From positions 940,391-1,004,390 of the forward strand of contig OY781964.1 in NCBI GenBank assembly GCA_963677485.1: a stretch of 64,000 nt of DNA. The letters run 5' to 3'. The stretch comes from Armatimonadota bacterium. Its GTDB lineage: Bacteria; Armatimonadota; HRBIN16. The position numbers and the translations under genes are program-made. Shown here piece by piece: positions 1 to 10,410 of this stretch; positions within the stretch are counted from its first letter, which is position 1; each line of letters starts with the position of its first letter. Below the pieces are notes generated by a model that saw nothing but the letters and a program-made list of their open reading frames with translations, searched no databases and was not told the origin of the DNA.

Positions 1-1238
1 ACGGCCTTGCCTATGCCTTCTGGCGTATATGGGCTGCTTTTCGGGTCGCCAAACGCAGCGTCAAACACTTTGATCTCAGGATCATTGATCTCAACTTTGG
101 CGTTGTCGATCAACTGCTTCTGGTATTTACTCCAGAGGGCCTGTTTGGCGGTATCAATATACTGTTTTTTGAGTTCAGGCTTGCGCTTCTCGAAGTCTTT
201 GGTAACGCCCGAAGTGATTTTGTCCAGTTTGATGATGTGGTAACCATAACTGGATTTCACGGGTTGTGAGACCTCGCCAAGCTTCAGCTTATCTGCCGCT
301 TCGGCGAACTCAGGTACGTAACTAGAAGCTAAGCTATTACGAAGACCAGGATTAAGCTCTCCCCCGCGGGTCTTGCTGCCTGGGTCTTCAGAGTACTGTC
401 CAGCAAGCTTAGCGAAATCTCCACCGGCTTTAATCTTGGCTTCGATCTCATTAGCAAGCTTCAATGCATCGGCATCTTTGCGTTTTCCGGTGGTGACCAG
501 GATGTGTCGAATGTTTAGCATATCTAGCCCAGCTTTAAGCACTTCATCACTCGGATCATCCACTTTGCTGACCTTATCCTGAAGTCTTTTCTGCAGTAAC
601 CCCAGTTTGATCTGCTCCCCATCCTTCGTAACGCTATCTTTCGCGATAGAATCAATGAACTCGGGAAGGCTCTTGCCGGTCTGCTTCTTTACAAAGTCAG
701 CCCACTCTTTGTCGTTCATTGGCTTCTTTTGGCTGATCTGCATCCGCTGCATCTGCAATTGGGCAGTCAACTGTGTCTTGGCTTCTGCCAGCAGTTCGCT
801 GTCATTTACGCTCACGCCCTCGCGCTTCGCGGCATCTTCCAGCAAAGCGGCCTGCTTGAGCTGGTTGAATGCCTGGTAGTTCTGCTGTACTTGATATAAC
901 GCATCATCAGAACCTGGATACATGTTCGATCGCATTCTATCCTGAGCTTGACTAACAGCCTTAGCCAACTGAGGCTGAGTGATCTCAATACCATTCACTT
1001 TACCGACCACAGAGGACTCGCGGCTGCCACCGCCGGCACCGCCGCAGCCACCGCCGCCGAAATATGTAACCATACCCAGCCCGAACACAACAGCTAGGCC
1101 GACAGCGATACCGGAGCCAACATGGCTAAATTTTTCACGCATGGTGCGCAGCGACACTACCTCTTCTTCGACATGAGGTTTTTGCGGATTCGGTTGAGAA
1201 GATGTTTGTTTGGGCTTCTGGTTCTGTCCGTTCGCCAT
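1..1238 (-). CDS. Parvulin-type peptidyl-prolyl cis-trans isomerase (PpiD/SurA/PrsA-like), 3' end truncated by window edge
   Basis: Own minus-strand translation from ATG at 1238 (AGGAG SD 9 nt upstream): MANGQNQKPK... with Gly-rich TM/linker, then rotamase motifs GGDFAKLAGQYSEDPGSKTRGGELN and SYGYHIIKLDK (parvulin signature); ORF runs off window start. Confidence 0.6.
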   Translation of the reverse strand, partial: MANGQNQKPKQTSSQPNPQKPHVEEEVVSLRTMREKFSHVGSGIAVGLAVVFGLGMVTYFGGGGCGGAGGGSRESSVVGKVNGIEITQPQLAKAVSQAQDRMRSNMYPGSDDALYQVQQNYQAFNQLKQAALLEDAAKREGVSVNDSELLAEAKTQLTAQLQMQRMQISQKKPMNDKEWADFVKKQTGKSLPEFIDSIAKDSVTKDGEQIKLGLLQKRLQDKVSKVDDPSDEVLKAGLDMLNIRHILVTTGKRKDADALKLANEIEAKIKAGGDFAKLAGQYSEDPGSKTRGGELNPGLRNSLASSYVPEFAEAADKLKLGEVSQPVKSSYGYHIIKLDKITSGVTKDFEKRKPELKKQYIDTAKQALWSKYQKQLIDNAKVEINDPEIKVFDAAFGDPKSSPYTPEGIGKA

Positions 1239-1310
1239 GATTCGCCTAACTCCTACTATCTGATTTGATTATTAATGGTTCTGTAGTTTGCACAGCAGTG
1301 ACCGGTAGGG

Positions 1311-2135
1311 TTACCTGACTGTGTATGGGATGCCTTTTTGTTTAAGTTCACTCGTGAACTTGTTCACATTTTGCTTGACTCGGTACTGAGCTAACTGAAC
1401 GACATACCCGCCGCTTGGTGATTTGATGATATCGGCTCCCGGCACATGTGCCTTGAGATGCGTAAGACCAGCCTGCGCCTCAGCCAATGATTTGTAGTGA
1501 GTACTGGCCATCACTCGATAGACACCAGCCGCCGGGGTTACCGGCGGCAGTTTTGTTTGATCATCTAACCTTGTTGGCTGTTGCACTGGCAAACTTGGTT
1601 TGGTCATAGCTGGCAACGGCTTTTTAGCCGCCGGCGGCTTCACCTTAGGCTTCACTGACGGTTTCGCCACTGTAGCCGGTTCCGGCTTTTTCACCACGAT
1701 CCTCTTTGGAATGGTGATCGAAACGGCGGCTTTGGGTTTGAGCTTTGGCTTCACCTTCGGCTGCGGTGCTTTTGTGGGTTCCGCAACATGAACTGGCTTC
1801 TCTGGTGTCTCGCTGGCCTTCGGTTTCGGTGATTCCGTTGGTTTCACCTCAGTAGATTTACCGGGCTTATTCACAATCACCTCCACCTCCACATCATCGC
1901 TAGAGGGCTTCTTCTCAGCCTTTTTGACGCTGGAAGGCGGCTCCGCCGACTTAAGAGGCAGCTTGCTGGGGCCTGTGACAGCTGGTGTTAGCCGACTTTT
2001 GTGCGATGCTGGGTTGCGAAACACCAACGGTCCTAACACCCCGCCTAATGCATAGGCGACAGCCAGACCGACGATCAACACCAATATCCACCAGCCGGAA
2101 CTCTGTTTTCTCTGTGCTGTTCGATTGTTTCTCAC
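1311..2135 (-). CDS. SPOR domain-containing membrane protein (N-terminal TM anchor, Pro/Lys-rich linker, C-terminal SPOR peptidoglycan-binding domain)
   Basis: N-term WWILVLIVGLAVAYALGGVLG hydrophobic helix; long PKxK/PxP low-complexity linker; C-term YRVMASTHYKSLAEAQAGLTHLKAH...GYVVQLAQYRVKQNVNKFTSELKQKGIPYTV matches SPOR repeat pattern. Confidence 0.55.
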   Translation of the reverse strand: MRNNRTAQRKQSSGWWILVLIVGLAVAYALGGVLGPLVFRNPASHKSRLTPAVTGPSKLPLKSAEPPSSVKKAEKKPSSDDVEVEVIVNKPGKSTEVKPTESPKPKASETPEKPVHVAEPTKAPQPKVKPKLKPKAAVSITIPKRIVVKKPEPATVAKPSVKPKVKPPAAKKPLPAMTKPSLPVQQPTRLDDQTKLPPVTPAAGVYRVMASTHYKSLAEAQAGLTHLKAHVPGADIIKSPSGGYVVQLAQYRVKQNVNKFTSELKQKGIPYTVR

Positions 2136-2147
2136 GATGTCTTCGTC

Positions 2148-3981
2148 CTAAGCCTCGCCCCAACTAGTTTTAGGCTCTGCTTTTTGGGCATCACCCAACA
2201 GGCCGAGGAATGTCGTGCGATCGAGTGTTTCGGTGCTCATCAGGGTTTCTGCCACATGCACCACCATTTCGTGGTTAGCCTGTAGAATTTTAAGACCGCG
2301 CCGGAAACATTCATCGACAATGGTGCGTACTTCATGATCGATGATCGTCGCGATCTCCTCACTGTAGTTGCGATCTTCCATGATGTCTCGCCCCAGGAAG
2401 GGGTTTCCATGTCGGCGGCCAAAAGTGAGATGTCCCAACTTTTTGCTCATACCGTATTCGCAAACCATTGCTCGGGCGATTTCAGTCGCACGGCTCAAGT
2501 CATTATTCGCGCCAGTGGTGGCCTCGCCAAACTTCAGCGTTTCCGCCGCCCTGCCGCCCAGGAACGCGGTGATGCGGTCAAGCAACTGCGCTCTGGTGAT
2601 GAGGAATGTATCCTTCTCGGGTAGATACATCGTCACACCGAGGGCCATGCCTCGCGGCAGAATCGTCACTTTATGAACTGGGTCTGAGTTCGGCAGAAGT
2701 TCGCCGATGATAGCATGACCCACTTCGTGGTACGCCACCATCTCTTTTTCCGCCGGATCGATCAGCCGACTCTTCTTCTCAGGCCCGGCGATCACGCGAT
2801 CCACCGCTTCCTCAAAGTGCCGGTTCTCAATCGACTTGCAGTCTTCACGAGCCGCCATCAAAGCAGCCTCATTGACCAGGTTGGCCAGATCGGCCCCGCT
2901 AAAGCCTGGGGTCATTTTACTGATGGCCACGCTGTCCACATCGTCATCAAAAGGCATACCCTTCATGTGTACACGAAGAATCTCATCGCGGCCCTTCTGA
3001 TCTGGCGGGTCAACCATCACCTGACGGTCAAATCGGCCAGGGCGCAGCAACGCCGGGTCTAGAACATCAGGCCGGTTGGTCGCAGCGATCAGTATGATCC
3101 CGCTGTTGGGGTCGAATCCGTCCATCTCCACCAGCATCTGGTTGAGTGTCTGTTCACGCTCATCATGCCCGCCGCCCAGTCCAGCTCCACGCTGTCGGCC
3201 TACGGCGTCAATTTCATCAATAAAGATGAGGCACGGGCGGTTTGCCTTCGCGGTCTCAAAAAGATCACGCACACGGCTGGCGCCTACGCCTACGAACATC
3301 TCCACGAACTCAGAACCACTGCTATGGAAAAAGGGCACTTCCGCCTCCCCCGCCACAGCACGCGCCAGCAGCGTTTTACCGCATCCTGGAGGGCCCAGCA
3401 ATAATACGCCTCTGGGGATCTTCGCTCCCAGCACAGAGTATTTTTTGGGGTTTTTGAGGAAGTCGACTATCTCAGAAAGCTCTTCTTTGGCTTCATCAAC
3501 GCCGGCGACGTCAGCGAAGGTGATTTTTGGCGTATTCTCACCTGCCCGCCGTGCCCGGCTGCGTCCAAAGGACATCGCCTGGTTGTTACCCGACTGCGCC
3601 TGACGCATCATGAAGAACCAAAATACGCCCATTATCAACACGACAGAGAGCAGCGGCAGCAGCCCTTGTATCACTTCGTTTGCTACGGATTTAATGAACG
3701 TGAATTGAACGGACTTAGCTTCCATACGTTCAAGCAGTTGAGCCCGCGCTTCCGAAGTGTCCGGAAGTGTTGAGGTGTATTCTGTGTTATCTAGTCCCCG
3801 CAGACTGACGGTATCGCGGTCAAACGACGCCTTCAGTATTTGGTTGGTATCTACCAGTTGCAGCACACGCGAATAATCGATTTTCTTAGGCGCAGGCCCG
3901 CCGATTTCTCCGCGCATGAGATAGAAGATAGATAGTGCCAATACTGTGACAACCAGTATGGTGCTGATCCTTCTGTTCAAA
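2148..3981 (-). CDS. ftsH: ATP-dependent zinc metalloprotease FtsH
   Basis: Walker [22 protein letters not shown] second region, zinc-binding HEVGHAI (HEXXH); N-terminal TM helix [17 protein letters not shown]-track start at 4247 would overlap tilS; TTG at 3981 (LNRRISTIL...) just downstream of tilS stop fits a typical FtsH N-terminus. Confidence 0.88.
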
Positions 3982-4023
3982 CAGTCCTCCGAATGGGGCG
4001 CCACCCCCTTGTAATCAGCGTCA

Positions 4024-5448
4024 TTATAACATACGAGATAGTGGAAGAATCCGTTGCATCTCCGCTTGTATCTCTGCCTCGAGTACCAGGCAGTCACATC
4101 CACCGGTCGGGGTTTTGCATCTGTCGGCGATACATCCGCCAGGCACCCAAACCACACCTTCCGCATCTGCCAGCACAGGCCAGGCCCGCCGCCAGTTGCC
4201 AGGTATCCCCGCGGATGACAGCACATCAAAAACCTTGCGGCGTCCACTCATGCCCAAGGGCAATATCCGCTCACCCGTTCGAGCGACCCGAAACACCAGC
4301 GGAGGCACGATGCAATCCATATTTAGACTCACCTGCCAATTACCGAGGTTTCGGATAGGACTTTGCCGCCTCGCCCGCACCATATGAAACACAATACCCG
4401 TATTGGGATCCGTAAAGTGGGGCGCATTGACATCAACAGGCTGCTCCCAGACCACCGGTAAAACCTCTTGAGGCGCATTCTCACGCGCAATCAACTTCTG
4501 CCCGTCGCTCCTCACCACCAGCTTGCGGCTGGTGAGGTTGACCGCACCACGGGTGCCGGTCAGCAAATACTGCCGCAGACGTTCAATATGCCGTAACTCT
4601 ACCCCTTCGGTTCCGCCAAACTCATCAAAAATCTTACAGATGATGCGCCGCTGCACGGCCACCGTCTGGTTCATGATCGCATCACGGGGCACCATCACGG
4701 CACCATTCACACGCTGCACGACCTCTTCAAAAACAGGTCCGATCCGCCGATCCCAATCGATCTCTTCCTGCCGGGCGATATCGCTGAACCTGAGTAAGGC
4801 TTTATCCACACCGGGGTTCACTTGCCTGAGCAGCGGAAGAACCTTCAAGCGCAGCAGGTTTCGGCTAAACCGTGTATCCGCGTTGCTTTCGTCCGTGATG
4901 TAAGGCAGTCCCAGTGACTGGCAATACTTCTCGGTGTCGGCGCGCCTGATCTCCAGCAACGGTCGGAGGGGGTCACCAAGTCGGTCCATGCCCATCACAC
5001 CGTGCCAGCCGCTGCCGCGCACCAGGTGCAGCAACAGACTTTCCACCTGGTCGTCTGCGTTGTGCCCTACGCACAGAATGTGGGCGGAATGCTCACGCAA
5101 GATAGTCCGAAGTGCTTCGTATCGCAGGTGGCGTGCCACCGCTTCAAGCCCTTCACTGGCTAAGGCGTTACTGCCCTCCACGTCGACTTGCTGCGAAACA
5201 AACGGCACACCCAGAAGACCGCACATTCGTTCGCAGTGCAACTGGTCCTCTTCGGCTTGTTCCCGCAGCGAATGGTTGATGTGGGCCGCCACCACCCAAA
5301 TCCCCAGCTCTGAGCGATGAGAGGCCAGCAGATGCAACAGCGTGCAGCTATCTGCACCGCCCGAAAACCCTACCAAAAGCCGTTTGCCTTTGACTAAACG
5401 CCGTATATCAGCATCGAGTACGCGGTTGGCAAGCTCCTCGGAAAACAC
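4024..5448 (-). CDS. tilS: tRNA(Ile)-lysidine synthetase TilS
   Basis: PP-loop ATPase motif [18 protein letters not shown] near N-terminus; length with C-terminal substrate-binding extension; tilS-ftsH synteny. Confidence 0.85.
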   Translation of the reverse strand: MFSEELANRVLDADIRRLVKGKRLLVGFSGGADSCTLLHLLASHRSELGIWVVAAHINHSLREQAEEDQLHCERMCGLLGVPFVSQQVDVEGSNALASEGLEAVARHLRYEALRTILREHSAHILCVGHNADDQVESLLLHLVRGSGWHGVMGMDRLGDPLRPLLEIRRADTEKYCQSLGLPYITDESNADTRFSRNLLRLKVLPLLRQVNPGVDKALLRFSDIARQEEIDWDRRIGPVFEEVVQRVNGAVMVPRDAIMNQTVAVQRRIICKIFDEFGGTEGVELRHIERLRQYLLTGTRGAVNLTSRKLVVRSDGQKLIARENAPQEVLPVVWEQPVDVNAPHFTDPNTGIVFHMVRARRQSPIRNLGNWQVSLNMDCIVPPLVFRVARTGERILPLGMSGRRKVFDVLSSAGIPGNWRRAWPVLADAEGVVWVPGGCIADRCKTPTGGCDCLVLEAEIQAEMQRILPLSRML

Positions 5449-5449
5449 A

Positions 5450-6238
5450 TCAGGCCCCCTTGCCTATGGTATGTCCAAGTGCCCGTAAAGCGTCCACGTG
5501 TTCCAGCTTATCTACATCAACACCCACTCCGGCATCATGGGTTATGATCTCCTCAAAACTGACGCCCATCACTTCGTTCAGGCGGGTCTTGATATGTTGA
5601 ATACCCAACAGACTGGGAAACAACCGTCCAAAGATCAAACGCATGATCATGGCGGGACCAAGCAATGAGGCGATTTGCTTCACGCTCTTACGCGCCTCAA
5701 AAAAAGTGTTGATCATTGGCCGCACCCTCTGCAGTGCGTCCGCTTTGGCCATGAAAAGATTGCCGCCGGTAAAGCTGCCTTCGGCCACTTTCAATGTGGT
5801 TCGGGCCATGTTCGGAAACAGTCTTTTGCACTCATCCACAGGAATGATGGGCCAGCATACATCAACGCTCTTTAACAGTGACTGGTCTACGAACTCGGCA
5901 ACAGCAACAGCAGTCAAAAAAGGCGCATCTGCCGTCGCGATAAGAACATATTCCGCGGGCCCTAATTCGGCAAGCCCCCCGTACAGGTTATTGACAAAAC
6001 TGCCTTTATCAGCAACTTTGCTAATTCCGTTCGGTGCAGGCACGTTGCCCACAACTACTACATTTTCTATGCGTCCGCTGTTAATCACGGCTTCTATCAC
6101 CGATTGCACAATCGGTCGGCCATTTATAACCAGGCACGCCTTATTGGAAACACCCGTTTTGGTGGCGAACTCTGCGCTTGTTTCGCCGCCGGCGAGAATG
6201 ATACATCCTACTAGCATCGATACCCTCTTGCATTTCAT
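5450..6238 (-). CDS. Nucleotidyltransferase family protein (MobA-like NTP-transferase fold)
   Basis: ILAGGETS...INGRPIV motif resembling LAGGxGxRM-type sugar/cofactor nucleotidyltransferases. Start set to ATG at 6238 (MKCKRVSMLVG...) rather than ORF-track 6451, which would overlap the divergent upstream gene. Confidence 0.45.
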   Translation of the reverse strand: MKCKRVSMLVGCIILAGGETSAEFATKTGVSNKACLVINGRPIVQSVIEAVINSGRIENVVVVGNVPAPNGISKVADKGSFVNNLYGGLAELGPAEYVLIATADAPFLTAVAVAEFVDQSLLKSVDVCWPIIPVDECKRLFPNMARTTLKVAEGSFTGGNLFMAKADALQRVRPMINTFFEARKSVKQIASLLGPAMIMRLIFGRLFPSLLGIQHIKTRLNEVMGVSFEEIITHDAGVGVDVDKLEHVDALRALGHTIGKGA

Positions 6239-6385
6239 ACCAGGGGATTCGTATCCCTCTAACCAGTCTACCTGAACTGAGCTATTTCCGAAACCGTAGG
6301 CGAATATGGTACCTTTACCCAGCCTGAACAGGTATATATAGTAAAGAGCACCACAGAAGTCGATGAACCAAGGGAGTATGATGAG

Positions 6386-7129
6386 ATGATTGCTATCATT
6401 GGCGGGACAGGTTTTACGGACTGGATGGCCAGCCACCCTCACAAAACCCACATAGTGTCAACAATTGATGGTGACCAACCCATCTACGAAATCACACTTG
6501 ATGGCATCGAATGTCTGTTCGTCCCTCGCCATGGTGCCTTCCACCATATTTTGCCTCATAACATCAACAGCGCCGCGATCATCCGCGCCGTACAGCAGAT
6601 GGGAGCCAATGGCATACTGGCGACCTTTGCGGTAGGCTCCCTGACCTCCAGCCGCCGCACTGGCGAAATCGTCGTGCTAAATGACTTCATCGACTTCACA
6701 CATCGACGCAGGCAAACCCTGTTTGAAGTCGAACCGCATAAAGCACATACGGACTTCAGTCAGCCATTCTGCCCGTTGCTCAGGCAGGCGCTTATTGAGG
6801 CTAGTCATTCGCTTCGGCTTCCGGTTCACAGCTCCGGCACGTATCTATGTGTCGATGGCCCTCGATACGAAACACCCGCCGAAGTGCGTTTGTTCGGGCA
6901 GCTCGGTGCCGATGTGGTGGGCATGACTTTGGTGCCAGAGGTTGTGTTTGCTAAAGAGCTGGGTATCCCCTATGCTGGCGTCGCCGTGATCACCAATATG
7001 GGCACTGGCCTCACGTCTGAAGCACTGGCTCATGAAAACATCGGTGAGAATTTCGGCGAAGTAAGAACCGACTTAACAGGCCTAATGCAACGGGCCATCC
7101 TCAATGGCCGCATTGATAATACGAAATAG
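6386..7129 (+). CDS. S-methyl-5'-thioadenosine phosphorylase / purine nucleoside phosphorylase family (PNP-UDP fold)
   Basis: MIAIIGGTGF N-terminus, GPRYETPAE motif (MTAP signature GPxFETxAE), GADVVGMTLVPE; GGGAG-type SD upstream. Confidence 0.72.
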   Translation: MIAIIGGTGFTDWMASHPHKTHIVSTIDGDQPIYEITLDGIECLFVPRHGAFHHILPHNINSAAIIRAVQQMGANGILATFAVGSLTSSRRTGEIVVLNDFIDFTHRRRQTLFEVEPHKAHTDFSQPFCPLLRQALIEASHSLRLPVHSSGTYLCVDGPRYETPAEVRLFGQLGADVVGMTLVPEVVFAKELGIPYAGVAVITNMGTGLTSEALAHENIGENFGEVRTDLTGLMQRAILNGRIDNTK

Positions 7130-7131
7130 TG

Positions 7132-7161
7132 TTGACGGAGTTGCCCAAAACGTGCTAAAAT
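7132..7161 (+). promoter_or_regulatory. Sigma70-type promoter upstream of gap (TTGACG -35, 18-nt spacer, TAAAAT -10)
   Basis: ttgacg at 7132-7137, taaaat at 7156-7161, about 85 nt upstream of gap ATG. Confidence 0.45.
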
Positions 7162-7246
7162 AGACATCGAGAGATTTCGCATACTCTGCCGTCTCTATTG
7201 CAAACAATCGAATTCGGTACCCATAACCCCTACATGGAGGAACATA

Positions 7247-8260
7247 ATGGCTGTTAAGGTCGGTATCAACGGCTTCGGTCGCATCGGGCGTCTCGTTCTG
7301 CGCGGTATTTTGAAGAACTACGCTGACACTATCGAAGTTGTTGCAATCAACGACTTGGTTGATCCTAAGACCAATGCTCACCTGCTTAAGTACGACACAA
7401 ACTACGGCATCCTTGCAAACGAAGTGACCGCCGATGATACGAACATCTACGTCGATGGCAAAGCCATCCGCATCTTCGCACAGCGCAATCCAGCCGACAT
7501 CGACTGGGCTTCCTTCGGTGTTGATGTTGTAGTAGAAGGCACCGGCCTGTTCACCGATGCTGCTAAAGCTGGCGCTCACCTCGGTGGCACCGTGAAGAAA
7601 GTCATCATCACCGCTCCTGCTAAGGGTGAAGATGCCACCATCGTGATGGGTGTGAATGAAGGAACCTACGTTGCTTCCAAGCACAACATCATCTCCAATG
7701 CAAGCTGCACCACCAACTGCCTGGCCCCTGTAGCCCGCGTGCTACAGGATAGCTTCGGTATCGTGAAGGGTCTCATGACCACCATTCACGCTTACACGAA
7801 TGACCAGAAAGTCGCCGACCAGGCCCACAAAGACCTGCGCCGCGCCCGTGCCGCTGCTGTGAACATCATCCCCACCACCACCGGTGCAGCTAAGGCTGTT
7901 AGCCTTGCAGTGCCTGAGATGGCCGGCAAGCTGGATGGTTATTCCTTCCGCGTACCCACCCCTACAGTCTCTGTAGTGGACTTGATCGTTGAGCTCGAGA
8001 AGAACACCACCCCTGCCGAAATCAACGCCGCCTTCCAGGCTGCTGCTGATGGCAAGATGAAGGGTTACCTCGGCGTAGAGACCAAGCCGCTAGTATCCAA
8101 AGACTTCCAGGGCGACGACCGCTCCTCCATCGTTGATGCCGGACTGACTATGGTCATCGGCGGCAACATGGCTAAAGTGATCTCTTGGTACGACAACGAG
8201 TGGGCTTACTCTATGCGCGTAGGCGACCTGATCACCTACATGGTTAGCAAGGGTCTGTAG
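7247..8260 (+). CDS. gap: Glyceraldehyde-3-phosphate dehydrogenase (type I)
   Basis: [18 protein letters not shown]-binding N-terminus; catalytic [12 protein letters not shown] motif. Confidence 0.95.
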   Translation: MAVKVGINGFGRIGRLVLRGILKNYADTIEVVAINDLVDPKTNAHLLKYDTNYGILANEVTADDTNIYVDGKAIRIFAQRNPADIDWASFGVDVVVEGTGLFTDAAKAGAHLGGTVKKVIITAPAKGEDATIVMGVNEGTYVASKHNIISNASCTTNCLAPVARVLQDSFGIVKGLMTTIHAYTNDQKVADQAHKDLRRARAAAVNIIPTTTGAAKAVSLAVPEMAGKLDGYSFRVPTPTVSVVDLIVELEKNTTPAEINAAFQAAADGKMKGYLGVETKPLVSKDFQGDDRSSIVDAGLTMVIGGNMAKVISWYDNEWAYSMRVGDLITYMVSKGL

Positions 8261-8283
8261 ATCCCTTTCGACACCTACTTCAC

Positions 8284-8322
8284 TTGGGGCGGGCGGGGTA
8301 ACCTGCCTGCCCCTTTTTTGTA
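8284..8322 (+). terminator. Rho-independent terminator after gap
   Basis: ggggcgggcgggg...cctgcccc GC-rich hairpin followed by tttttt. Confidence 0.6.
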
Positions 8323-8338
8323 ACGGAGGATCATCACA

Positions 8339-9508
8339 GTGAACAAGAAGACCGTTATGGATATCGACGTGGCCGGCAAGCGCGTTCTTGTGCGAGTCGA
8401 CTTCAACGTGCCGATGGAAAATGGCGTCATCACCAACGACAAGCGCGTGGTTGCCGCCCTCCCCACCATCAAATACCTCATCGAACACAAAGCCCGCGTC
8501 ATTCTCTGCTCTCACCTCGGCCGACCGGTAGACGGCCCCGATGACACCATGCGCCTCGCCCCTGTCGCTGAGTGCCTGGCCAAACTCATCGGACAGCCCG
8601 TCAAGGCTCTGAACGACTGCATCGGCGACGCCGTGAAGGCCGAAGTCATGAAGATGCAGGACGGCGATGTGGTCATGCTGGAGAACGTCCGCTTCTACAA
8701 ACAAGAGACCAAGAATGAGTCCGGATTCGTAGCCCAACTGGCCGACCTGGCCGAACTCTACGTGAACGACGCCTTTGGTTCCGCACACCGTGCCCACGCC
8801 TCCACAGAGGGTGTGGCCCACCACCTGCCCGCAGTGGCCGGTTTCCTGATGCAGAAGGAGCTGGACTACCTCGGCGGCGCACTGGCTGCACCAAAACGTC
8901 CTTTCGTGGCCATCCTTGGCGGCGCGAAAGTAGCTGACAAGATTTCCGTGATTGAGAACCTGTTGACCAAGGTCGACAAGCTCATCATTGGCGGAGGTAT
9001 GGCCTTCACCTTCCTGAAAGCTCAGGGCTACGAAATCGGCAAGAGCATCCTGGACGCTGAGCGCGTAGACTTCGCGAAGCAGGTTCTGGCTGACAGCGGC
9101 GACAAGATCGTGCTGCCTGTAGATATGGTGATGGCGGCTGGATTCGACGCCACCGAAACCACCACGGTGGACATCGACGCCATGCCCGCCGATATGGCCG
9201 GATTTGACGTCGGCCCGAAATCTGATGCCCTCTTCGCCGAAGTCATCAAAACCGCGGGCACCGTAATCTGGAACGGCCCGATGGGCGTGTTCGAAAAGCC
9301 CCAGTTCGCGGAGGGCACCCGTGCGATGTGCCAGGCACTGGCTGAGAGTTCGGCAACCAGCATCATCGGCGGCGGCGACAGCGCTTCAGCCGTGAAGAAG
9401 ATGGGCTACGCCGACAAGATGACACACATTTCCACTGGCGGCGGTGCCTCCCTGGAGTTCCTTGAAGGCAAGGCTCTTCCCGGCGTCGTGGCTCTGTTGG
9501 ACAAATAG
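8339..9508 (+). CDS. pgk: Phosphoglycerate kinase
   Basis: GTG start with GGAGGA SD; MNKKTVMDIDVAGKRVLVRVDFNVP N-terminus typical of PGK; full-length 389 aa. Confidence 0.93.
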   Translation: MNKKTVMDIDVAGKRVLVRVDFNVPMENGVITNDKRVVAALPTIKYLIEHKARVILCSHLGRPVDGPDDTMRLAPVAECLAKLIGQPVKALNDCIGDAVKAEVMKMQDGDVVMLENVRFYKQETKNESGFVAQLADLAELYVNDAFGSAHRAHASTEGVAHHLPAVAGFLMQKELDYLGGALAAPKRPFVAILGGAKVADKISVIENLLTKVDKLIIGGGMAFTFLKAQGYEIGKSILDAERVDFAKQVLADSGDKIVLPVDMVMAAGFDATETTTVDIDAMPADMAGFDVGPKSDALFAEVIKTAGTVIWNGPMGVFEKPQFAEGTRAMCQALAESSATSIIGGGDSASAVKKMGYADKMTHISTGGGASLEFLEGKALPGVVALLDK

Positions 9509-9522
9509 GAGAAATAGCGAAT

Positions 9523-10320
9523 ATGCGACGTATACTCATCGCCGGAAACTGGAAGTTGAACGGCAGCATCGCCTGGGCCAAAGAGTTTGTGGCCGGTATG
9601 AAAGCGCAGAACAACGGCAACAAGGCCGCCGAAGTCTGCTTGTGCCCCACCTTCACCAGCCTCTACCCCATCGGGCAGGAGCTGGCAGGCAGCGGCATCG
9701 CCCTCGGCGCACAGGACATCTTCTGGAAAGACTCTGGCGCATACACCAGCCAGATTTCCGCTCCCATGCTCAAAGAGTGTGGCGTGACCTATGTCATCAT
9801 CGGCCATAGCGAAACCCGCGGCCGTTACGGCGTACCAGAGCCGGACTTCACCCCCGAAGTACTGAAGCAGTTCGGTGAGACCGACACCACCGTCAACAAG
9901 AAGGCCCACTACGCACTGGCCAGTGGCCTCAAGCCCATCATCTGCTGCGGCGAGACCCTTGAAGAGCGCGAAGCCGGTCAGGCTGACGGCATCATCGCCG
10001 CCCAAATCGAGAAGGCCGTCGCCGGCTTCACCGGTGAGCAGGCCGCTACCCTGGTGTTTGCTTACGAGCCCGTATGGGCCATCGGCACCGGCAAGAGCTG
10101 CGACACCGCTGAGGCCAACCGCATCTGCGGACTGGTTCGCAGCACCGTAGCCAAATGCTGCGGCGACGCGGCTGCCCAGAGTGCCCGCGTGCTCTACGGC
10201 GGATCGGTCAAGCCCGATAACGCCAAAGAGCTCCTCGCCACCAGCGACATCGACGGCGCCCTCGTCGGCGGAGCCTCCATGAAAGTGGACAGCTTCACCG
10301 GCATCATCGACGCCGCGTAA
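9523..10320 (+). CDS. tpiA: Triosephosphate isomerase
   Basis: IAGNWKLNG, catalytic AYEPVWAIGTG, GGASMK motifs. Confidence 0.95.
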   Translation: MRRILIAGNWKLNGSIAWAKEFVAGMKAQNNGNKAAEVCLCPTFTSLYPIGQELAGSGIALGAQDIFWKDSGAYTSQISAPMLKECGVTYVIIGHSETRGRYGVPEPDFTPEVLKQFGETDTTVNKKAHYALASGLKPIICCGETLEEREAGQADGIIAAQIEKAVAGFTGEQAATLVFAYEPVWAIGTGKSCDTAEANRICGLVRSTVAKCCGDAAAQSARVLYGGSVKPDNAKELLATSDIDGALVGGASMKVDSFTGIIDAA

Positions 10321-10339
10321 GTACCGCGAACCAGCTCCC

Positions 10340-10378
10340 AGCCCCGTGCGGACCACCGCACGGGGCTTTTGCGTTTTA
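10340..10378 (+). terminator. Rho-independent terminator of gap-pgk-tpiA operon
   Basis: agccccgtgcgg-acca-ccgcacggggct 12-bp stem followed by ttttgcgtttt. Confidence 0.75.
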
Positions 10379-10410
10379 GGAACACACCACGATCCGTGGC
10401 ATACCGGATG

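Noticed and set aside
5643-6275. Antisense ORFs inside annotated genes (e.g. 5643..6275+, 8090..8824-, 9406..10416-, 53503..54531-, 43403..43981+)
   Set aside because: These are shadow ORFs typical of high-GC DNA, opposite strongly supported homologous genes (NTP-transferase, gap/pgk, tpiA, permease, pgi). They have no independent support.
10369-10410. ORF-track start (TTG at 10369) for the 842-aa dockerin protein
   Set aside because: Codon lies inside the T-tract of the tpiA intrinsic terminator (10340..10378). A start downstream (ATG 10411 or TTG 10495 just before the signal peptide) is more plausible.
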